64,000 bases of DNA from contig CAWDLQ010000010.1 in assembly GCA_963803095.1 (NCBI GenBank), forward strand, positions 500,890-564,889, written 5' to 3'. Shown here in pieces: positions 57,302 to 64,000 of the stretch. The position numbers and the translations under genes were made by a program. This stretch comes from an uncultured Acidobacteriaceae bacterium (GTDB lineage Bacteria; Acidobacteriota; Terriglobia; Terriglobales; Acidobacteriaceae). Under the pieces are notes generated by a model. That model saw only the letters and a list, made by a program, of their open reading frames with translations. It searched no databases and was not told the origin of the DNA. How positions within the stretch are numbered: the first letter of the stretch is position 1; every line of letters starts with the position of its first letter.

Positions 57302-58008
57302 TGATCACTTCGTAGAGATTGTCCTTAGCCAGGTAGAACTTGGTGTTGGCGTAGGTCTCGAAGAGTTTCTCGATGGTGCGATTGGTATATACCCGCTGCA
57401 CTGCATAGCCAGTCGTTTCCTGGGTCTCAATGGTGTCGTTGTCGGTCACGTGGTAGCGGCAGAAGCCGGTATCAGGTCCGGTGTTACGGGTATGAAAGAA
57501 GGTGAGCACCCGGCCCCCTGGACGCATCGACGACCGGAAGCCGCTTAATGAGTGGCCCAACCAAATCCTGGGGAACATAATCCAGCGTCGTCCACAGCAG
57601 AATCACGTCGAATTCCCTGCCCGCAAAGTCCAGGTTGTTATCGAGAAAGCCTTCCACGTCAAAGTGGGTTACGCCATTCTCATCCGGAGCACTCATCCAG
57701 TTGCCGTGCAGGGACTCATTCACCACGTCCGCCATGTACACTCCGTGGCCCAGGGTGGTGAGGAAATTGATGTTGGTCGGAGAGGTTGGGCCAATATCAA
57801 GAATGCGCAATCCTTGCTCGGCCTTAAGAAACTTGAGCAGGTCCTTCCACGCACTGGAGTGTCTCGGCACCCGTGGACCGGTCAGGACCGTGGGACTGCC
57901 GGGAGCCTGAGAGTCGTGTTGTGCCCTGCCGAATAGGTTGCGCATCACGTCATCAGTTTTTGACCGCAGGCCAGTGCTGCCTGCGGGAAATATGTTCATC
58001 ATGTTCAA
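57291..58008 (-). pseudogene. Class I SAM-dependent methyltransferase, one apparent frameshift near 57.53 kb
   Basis: Fragments 57484..58008 ('LRILDIGPTSPTNINFL', 'FDVILLWTTLDY') and 57291..57578 ('GGRVLTFFHT...'). Confidence 0.7.
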
Positions 58009-58023
58009 GCCCTCCAGCGTTCG

Positions 58024-58428
58024 TTAGTGTTTTGCTGGAGAGGTTGCGACCGGAATTTCGGCGCCCTTCGCCGGTGCAACGCCAGCTGTCTTTTCGGGGT
58101 GTAGCGGTTCTACCTTGCCGCGAAAGACAGCGCTCTCCTCAATCGATAGGCGTGCGGCGGAGATGTCTCCGACTAAATCGCAGCCGTCACGTAACTCCAC
58201 TCGCCCGGTAGCGGAGACATTGCCACTCAGCTGGCCCAGCAGGATCACGTCTTTCGCCGAAACATTGGCCGACACATGTGCATTTGGGCCGATGGTAAGG
58301 CGGCTGTCGATCAGGGTGATTGTGCCCTCGACATGGCCGTCGACCATCAGGTCTTCGCTTCCCTTTACCTCGCCGCGGATCTGCACCGACTTCCCGATCA
58401 CGGCGACGGCGCTGTCTCCTGCATTCAT
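58024..58428 (-). CDS. Bactofilin family cytoskeletal protein
   Basis: ORF 58024..58494 trimmed to the ATG at 58428 (GGGAGG upstream). The beta-helical repeat pattern 'VIGKSVQIRGEVKGSEDLMVDGHVEGTI...IGPNAHVSANVSAKDVILLGQLSGNV' is typical of DUF583/bactofilin. Confidence 0.85.
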   Translation of the reverse strand: MNAGDSAVAVIGKSVQIRGEVKGSEDLMVDGHVEGTITLIDSRLTIGPNAHVSANVSAKDVILLGQLSGNVSATGRVELRDGCDLVGDISAARLSIEESAVFRGKVEPLHPEKTAGVAPAKGAEIPVATSPAKH

Positions 58429-58574
58429 CGGGTGCCTCCCTGCAGTTGCAGGCTCTCTGCCCGAACTATACGCAAGGAGCGAAGCCAACCGCAACCGGCA
58501 AAACGGGTTAAGCGGCCTGCAGGCCCACAGATGTAAACTGGAAGGTATTGCCTTGCGTCTTACTAGGTAACGTT

Positions 58575-59466
58575 ATGCGATTTCTGCTTCATTCCGGTCA
58601 GTTACGGGGCCGTTTCGGGCGTGGATGCTCGGTCGCAGCCTTGCTGGCTGGGAGCGGTGCGGCAACAGCCCAAACTGCCCCAAAGCGGGAACCCAGCCGG
58701 TTGACCCGCAAAAAATCGTGCGGGACGCCAGCTGGAACGAGCTCCATGCCCAAGTCTCCGGGGCGTTCTTTCCGCTATCGGCAGCACAAAGTGGACCCCA
58801 AGGGCAGCCACGTTAAGGAGATCGTTCGAGACCAAAGACGGGGACGTCGCCCGGCTGATGGAGAAGGACGGCAAGCCGCTGCCCCCGGAGGAGGAGCAGG
58901 CCGAGATCGATCGCCTGAACCACCTGCTGGCCCACCCCGAGGTCCAGGAACATCGCCACAAGAAGGAGCAGGAAGACAGCGCCCGGGGCGACGAGATGGT
59001 GAGAATGCTGCCCGACGCCTTTCTTTTCACCTTCGACGGCATGGTGGAGGGTCCCAACGGGCCCTGCTACCGCCTGGAATTCAAGCCGAATCCCGCCTTT
59101 ACCCCGCCCGACCGGGAGGGTGAGGTTTACCACGGCATGGTGGGTGAGCTATGGGTGGACCAGGCGCAGCTGCGGCTGGTCAAGATCGATGCTCACCTGA
59201 TCTCCGATGTGAACTTCGGTTGGGGAGTGTTGGGCAGGCTGTACAAGGGTGGCAGCATCCTGGTGCAAAATGCCGATGTCGGCTTGCATCACTGGGAGAC
59301 CGTCCACATGAAGCTGCAGCTGCAAGGCAAACTGCTGATGATGAAGAGCGTGGACTACTCGACCACGGAAGATTCCAGCGATTTTCAGGTGCAGCCCCAG
59401 GAGCTGAGCTACCAGGAAGCGATCCGCCTGCTGCAGCAGACCTCAGCCCAGGTAGCTGCCAGGTAG
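58575..59466 (+). pseudogene. Exported hypothetical protein, one apparent frameshift near 58.8 kb
   Basis: The signal-like N-terminus lies in the ORF 58548.. frame. The main body is ORF 58858..59466 ('MEKDGKPLPPEEEQAEIDRLNHLLAHPEVQEH...'). Confidence 0.5.
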
Positions 59467-59499
59467 AACCACGGGTCACCAGCGCTAAAGCGCATGATC

Positions 59500-59690
59500 G
59501 AGGCGAGACTATTCCCGGAGCGCTGAAGCGCTCCTTTCCCGCATAAATGCGGGGGCTCCCGCCATGAATCCCTGGGTTTCCCTGTTCGCACGCAGACTCT
59601 GAAGGCCGTGGCGTGAGAAGATTTCAGCCGTCCCCGTTCGACAAGCTCAGGGCAGGCTCTTCGGGACTATTGGCACGTAACCTGCAGATA
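59500..59690. repeat. Short hairpins and a repeat-family copy (GGAGCGCTGAAGCGCTCC; CCCGCATAAATGCGGG; 'TTCAGCCGTCCCC...TTCGACAAGCTCAGGGCAGGCTCTTCGGGACT')
   Basis: Read directly. The last unit is an expanded version of the TTCAGCCGTCCC...GGGACT family seen at 34.56, 34.63 and 49.02 kb. Confidence 0.65.
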
Positions 59691-60463
59691 TTACACTGAA
59701 TCGTCGTTGCTCGAATCGTCGAAGGACGAGTCGTCGTACGACGCGTCATCCAGGCTCGAATCGTCCTGATCCCCGTCGTCTCTCAAGTCGTCGCTGGCCT
59801 GCCTGCAGGTCGGCGGCATCGTTGCCGCTATTGCCAAAGCCGCTATTCTCGATGCGCTCCTGCTGCCCTTCCCGGCATCATCGTAGTAGTTGTTGATGAT
59901 GGTCTCCTCCGGCGCACCACCCCCGCCAAAGAATCCACCGCCGCCGAAACCGGCCGGGTTGCCACCAAAACCGTGCAATCAACGATTCCACCCCCTGAAA
60001 GGCGAGCGCCCCCGCAGCGACCCCGGCCGCAGTGGTGGCGGCGGTGCGCAGAAAGCTCGACCCACCCCCGGCTGTGGTGGCGGACGGGCCCGTACGCGGG
60101 AGCCTGCTTCCAGGGCTGGCCATAGGGCGGTGCGCCATAGCCCGGCGGGAGGCGGAGGCGGGGAGGCGGAGGCGGCGCAGGATCTTGGTGGCCCAACAGG
60201 CTGCCCAGGAAGCTGGTGGTGCGCGCCGGCTGCTGCTGTAGGTTGGTTGGCTGCTGCTGCCGTAACTGGGTCAGCTGCGCCTTGGCTTGCTCCAAGGCAT
60301 ACTTCTGTACCAGAACAGTCTGCGCCAGGACATAAAGCGCGTTAGGGTTCCGGCCAAGCCTCTGGTTCAGCAGCTGCTCCGCTTCCGGATCTTTCTCGGT
60401 GAGTTGGGTTTGCTCGACACGACCGATGAGGTCGTTCAACATTGATTCTTCCTGGGGAGTCAT
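59691..60463 (-). pseudogene. DUF2076 domain-containing protein, apparent frameshifts
   Basis: The N-terminus 'MTPQEESMLNDLIGRVEQTQLTEKDPEAEQLLNQRLGRNPNALYVLAQTVLVQKYALEQAK' is typical of DUF2076. The Gly/Pro-rich middle and the acidic C-terminus ('DDSSFDDSSNDDSV') are in other frames. Confidence 0.65.
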
Positions 60464-60485
60464 CTCGTCATCTCCGAATGTGCGA

Positions 60486-61610
60486 TCAGGAGACCAGCGC
60501 CATGGCCTTGATCTCCTCTTTGCGGACGGTGAGCCGTTCGATCAGGTCGGTGCGCACTTCAAAGCCGCGCCCGGGAGTATTGGGCACACGGATCTCGCCG
60601 GCGGCAGAAACGGTAACCTCGGGCTCGATGATGTCGTCGGCCCAGTAGCGCCTGGAGGCAGAGACGTCTCCCGGCAGAGAAAAATTCTCCAGCGTCGACA
60701 TGGCGATGTTGTGAGAGCGGCCGATACCGCTTTCCAGCATGCCGCCACACCACACCGGGATACCGCGTTCCTGGGTCGCATTGTGGATGGCGATGGCCTC
60801 GCTGAAGCCCCCTACCCGTCCCAGCTTGACATTGATGATGCGGCAGGATTCCATCTCGATCGCGGCCAGGGCATCGCGGCGATTGCGGATGCGATTCGTC
60901 CAGGCAGATGGCGGTATCCAGACGCTGCTGCAGCATGGCGTGAAAGTAGAAGTCGTCCGCCCACAACGGTTGCTCGATCATGAGCAGCTTGAATTGATCG
61001 AAGCTGGCCAGATGGTCGGCGTCCCGCAGGCGGTAGGCGGAGTTGGCATCGCAGCTCAGCAGAATATCCGGCCAGCGCTCGCGAACTGCTTCGAACATCT
61101 GCACGTCCCAACCCGGCTTGCACTTCAGCTTGATTCGCTGATAACCCTCGGAGAACGCCGACTCTACTTTTTCCATCAGCTTTTCGAGCGAAGGCTGGAT
61201 GCCGATGGAAACGCCGCAGACAATCGTCTCCCGGGTGCCGCCCAATAGCTCGTACAAAGGGATCCGCCGCATCTGCGCTTCCAGATCCCACACGGCATTC
61301 TCGAGCGCAGCCTTGGCCATGCGGTGGCCGCGCACCTCGCGAAAGATCCCGGGACACTTGCCGCCGCTCTGCTCTTCGGCTGCCGTGAGCAGGGGCGCAG
61401 TTCCTGCAGAATCGTAACCCAGGCTGTATCCGTTGACTCTTCGCTGAAGTAGGGATGTTCCCCGGCGGTGCATTCGCCCCAGCCCGAAAGCCCCTCGGCG
61501 CGGACTTCCGCCAGCAGCACGCGCCGCTCCCGGGTTTCGCCGAAGCTGGTGGCGAAGGGGTGGACCAAGGACATGCTGAGCTCACGCAGGACAATCGATT
61601 CAATCTTCAT
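60486..61610 (-). pseudogene. Enolase-superfamily o-succinylbenzoate synthase / N-succinylamino-acid racemase-type enzyme, 2 apparent frameshifts
   Basis: 'MKIESIVLRELSMSLVHPFATSFGE', the KxK motif in 'RIKLKCKPGWD', 'LSCDANSAY', 'LMIEQPL', 'ICLDES' and 'NVKLGRVGG' are spread over ORFs 61176..62300 (tail), 60559..61473 and 60486..60854. Confidence 0.75.
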
Positions 61611-62416
61611 GAAAACCTGCCGATATCGGTTGTGAGATGGTGTAGTGGGGCGAGCCGAGAATTCGGGCTCCTGCCATCGCCCGAGCTGAAAGACTCCCAT
61701 TGCCCTCTGCATCGATCTTAAAGCCAACGACGGTAAGCTTGCGCGCGAAGGCCTGTTCAAAATGTTCGCGATTCCTGGTCTGGATTTCAAGAACACGGTC
61801 CTGATCCACGGCGAGTGCCTCCAATGAGCTATCTGGTGCGGTACTGCGATTTCCTGCTCCACAGCGGGAAGAGCGACCGGTTTGCCGCCCAGGGCGGAGC
61901 AAACCCAATCACTATCCAGCCACCATTCCGCGTAGAGCCGGTCGGTAGGAACCTCGCCGTGCAGCCGAGATGAGGATACACCATAGAAATTCGGCGCGTA
62001 GCGGCGCACGATGGCGCCCAGCTTGGCGACATTGAGAAAGCTGTTCTTGATTTCCAGCGGATCGAAGGTCCATTCCATGCGGCTAATACCCGCGCGCCAG
62101 GGCCTCGTCCCGCTGAAAAAGCTTGAGCCGCCGGCCGATACCCTGGTTGCGGTATGCAGGGTTGACCGCCAGCATATGGGAATGCAGATAAGGCTGGCCC
62201 TGGGAGATGCCCGGCAAAGCCATGGCAAAGCCGACCAGGCTGGCTCGCCATCGAATGCTCCCATCACCTGGCCGCCGATCTTCTGCGCTACGACAAACAC
62301 CCGCCGCGGAATCTACATCGCGGTCTCCATACCCCACACATCCATCTGCAGCTGCACGCAGGCGCTGAGCTCCTCAAGCCCTGGCACGGCCGGATCAGGA
62401 CGGGCTCAGAGTTCAT
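61600..62416 (-). pseudogene. GNAT-like acyltransferase, apparent frameshifts
   Basis: The gene starts 'MNSEPVLIRPCQGLEELSACVQLQMDVWG'. The acyl-CoA motif is 'HMLAVNPAYRNQGIGRRLKLFQRDEALARG', followed by 'MEWTFDPLEIKNSFLNVAKLGAIVRRY'. The end is tentative (stop at 61600 overlapping the next start). Confidence 0.6.
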
Positions 62417-63230
62417 CGTGATGGCGAGACTGGGGGCTTTCGGCAAGTTTGGCCTGGCTCCAGAGCGACTCCAGCTGCGCGGCAGACAGGGCCTCGAGGG
62501 GCTGCGGCGAAGCGGCTTCCATGGCGGCAAAACGGCCGGCGAAATTTGGCGTTGGTGTGGCGCAGGGCGAACTCCGGTTCCACGTGCAGGCGCCGGGCCA
62601 GGTTGACCATGGTAAAGAGCATGTCGCCGACTTCGGAAACGATATCCTCATGGGCAGCCGAGTAGGAGAAGCCGATGGCTTGGCGCAGCTCTTCCGTTTC
62701 TTCCTCCAGCTTGGCGAAGATGCCTTCGACATCGGGCCAGTCGAAGCCGCTCTTATGTGCCCGCCCGCCCAATTTGGCGGCTTCCAGCAGCGCAGGAAGC
62801 GCATCGCGGAATACCATCGAGCGCGGAGGTGACCGGCTGCCCTTCTCTGCCCGCTTGATGGCGTCCCAGTTCCGCAGCACCTGCGACGAGTCGATATCCT
62901 CGGTTTGCAAGGGGGACTCACCGCGTTGCCGGCGGCCACCGACGCCTGGTCTCCGAAAACGTGAGGGTGGCGGCGGATCAGCTTGCGGTTAAGCCCGGTG
63001 ATCACATCCGCGATGGTGAAGTGGCCCGACTCGCTCGCCATCTGCGCATAAAAGAGCACCTGCAGCAGCAGATCGCCCAGCTCCTCGCAAAGGTCGGCCC
63101 AATTCCGCCGCTCGATGGCGTCGAAGACCTCGTAGCTTTCCTCCAGCGTATATTTCCGGATAGTGTCGAAGGTTTGCTCGCGATCCCAGGGGCAGCCGTC
63201 GGGACCGCGCAGCCGGGCCATGATGCTCAC
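62406..63230 (-). pseudogene. mazG: Nucleoside triphosphate pyrophosphohydrolase MazG, two compensating frameshifts
   Basis: The first part 'MARLRGPDGCPWDREQTFDTIRKYTLEESYEVFDAIE...RRHPHVFG' and the last part '...AMEAASPQPLEALSAAQLESLWSQAK' share the frame of ORF 62406..63230. The middle ('VLRNWDAIKRAEK...WPDVEGIFAKLEEETEEL...EVGDMLFTMVNLARRLHVEPE') lies in the frame of ORF 62413..62910. Confidence 0.8.
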
Positions 63231-63384
63231 TGCTTCGGCAAAAAGCGCAGCCGAATCGCACTGCTGGTCATGTCAACAATGTAAACGATGCCCATGAGGG
63301 AAAGACCACTCCTCAAGGCTGTAACGATAGTGGGTGCCCATATCCCCGATTTCTTCAGGCGGCTGTTACTGTGGTCTTCACGCA

Positions 63385-64000
63385 ATGACAGCTTGTATCT
63401 TTTTCGGATTACTCGGCTTGCTGCTGGGGAGTTTCCTCAACGTCTGCATCGTGCGGCTGCCCGCGGGCGAATCCATGGTGTGGCCACGGTCGCACTGCCG
63501 CCAGTGCAACCAGCCGATCGCCAAATGGGACAACATTCCCATCCTGAGCTGGCTGTTGCTGGGGGCTGCTTGCCGGGCCTGCGGGGGCCGCATTTCGTGG
63601 CGCTATCCGGTCATCGAACTAGCAACTTGCATCCTTTTTGTCATGTGCTGCCTGTACTTTTCGTTCAGCTTGCTGGCAGGCTGCTGGGCGCTGCTTTGCT
63701 TCCTGCTGCTGGGGCTGGCGGTGATGGATGCCGAGACTCTGCTGCTGCCTGACCGGTTCACCTTACCCGGGTTGGCGGCAGGAATCGTGTTTGCCGGTCT
63801 GCGTCCCGGCCTCGAAAGCGCGGTCTGGACCTGGAGTGCCGGTTTACGCGCGGCGGGGGTGTCACTGCTGGCCGCGCTAGCCGCGGCAGCCGCGCTGCTG
63901 TTGATCGCCGGAGCCTATTGGCTGGCCCGGCGCCGGATGGGAATGGGAATGGGCGACGTAAAGCTCTTCGCTATGCTGGCAGCGTGGCTGGGCTTGCGGC
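63385..64000 (+). CDS. pilD: Prepilin peptidase (A24 family), 5' part, continues beyond the right edge
   Basis: My own translation from the ATG at 63385 is open to the window end: 'MTACIFFGLLGLLLGSFLNVCIVRLP...SHCRQCNQPIAKWDNIPILSWLLLGAACRACGGRISWRYP...GMGMGDVKLFAMLAAWLG'. It carries the two Cys pairs and the GDVKL active-site motif. It is not in the ORF track, which instead lists a different frame (63288..63752). Confidence 0.85.
   Translation, partial: MTACIFFGLLGLLLGSFLNVCIVRLPAGESMVWPRSHCRQCNQPIAKWDNIPILSWLLLGAACRACGGRISWRYPVIELATCILFVMCCLYFSFSLLAGCWALLCFLLLGLAVMDAETLLLPDRFTLPGLAAGIVFAGLRPGLESAVWTWSAGLRAAGVSLLAALAAAAALLLIAGAYWLARRRMGMGMGDVKLFAMLAAWLGLR

Noticed and set aside
61176-62300. 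374-aa minus-strand ORF taken at face value as one protein
   Set aside because: It is chimeric. Its C-terminal part is the N-terminus of the OSBS/NSAR-type enzyme, and its middle is part of the GNAT-like gene read through frameshifts. I split it into two loci.
44795-63230. Programmed ribosomal frameshifting or transcriptional slippage as the explanation for the many frame breaks
   Set aside because: The breaks are too numerous and occur in unrelated genes. They fall at non-slippery sequences and often come as nearby compensating pairs. Sequence error or genuine decay is far more plausible.

Overview
GC-rich bacterial chromosomal segment. The gene content points to Acidobacteriota (Terriglobia-like); this taxonomic call is an inference. 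Supporting content: three CarboxypepD_reg-type TonB-dependent receptor-like outer membrane proteins, a VWFA-related Acidobacterial-type protein, a Ser/Thr kinase fused to a beta-propeller, and dense families of short palindromic repeats that translate to DDKGEG and FDKLRAGS-like peptides.

I recognise about 45 protein-coding loci and no rRNA, tRNA or CRISPR array.

Layout:
- 0.2-4 kb: a four-gene block (LysR regulator, YeiH-like permease, PD-(D/E)XK-like protein, exported hypothetical) bracketed by an exact 22-bp repeat.
- 7.6-14.5 kb: a minus-strand operon of DUF4331, two TPR proteins and a tripartite NicO/NiCoT-type permease. This is my best candidate for an uncharacterised system, putatively envelope Ni/Co/Cu handling.
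- 14.7-25.8 kb: intact core-like genes (dcp, a LytS/LytTR two-component pair, a Tat-exported SDR, DUF2141, an M16 peptidase).
- 25.8-35.1 kb: a roughly 9-kb accessory segment flanked by a partial direct duplication of an RraA-like gene. It carries a RepA-like AAA ATPase next to four iteron-like repeats, a decayed HAF-repeat gene with a G9 tract, vapBC, a dihaem cytochrome, a DUF1254/DUF1214 protein and an alcohol dehydrogenase remnant. No integrase is present.
- 34.7-44.4 kb: two large TonB-dependent receptors followed by an enolase-superfamily dehydratase with a Tat signal and an RraA-like protein with a signal peptide.
- 44.8-63.3 kb: ackA-phosphoketolase, a kinase, a uronate-type utilisation cluster, trmJ-like, bactofilin, GNAT plus an OSBS/NSAR-type enzyme, and mazG, then the start of pilD.

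A striking cross-cutting property is the very high and uneven density of frameshifts. Almost every gene in 44.8-63.3 kb and 10-14.5 kb is affected, while 2.4-3.5 kb ORFs elsewhere are intact. I treat this as most likely consensus or assembly indel error, so loci typed 'pseudogene' below mean only 'not intact as written'.

All coordinates and motifs come from my own reading of the sequence and the ORF track. No database search was possible.
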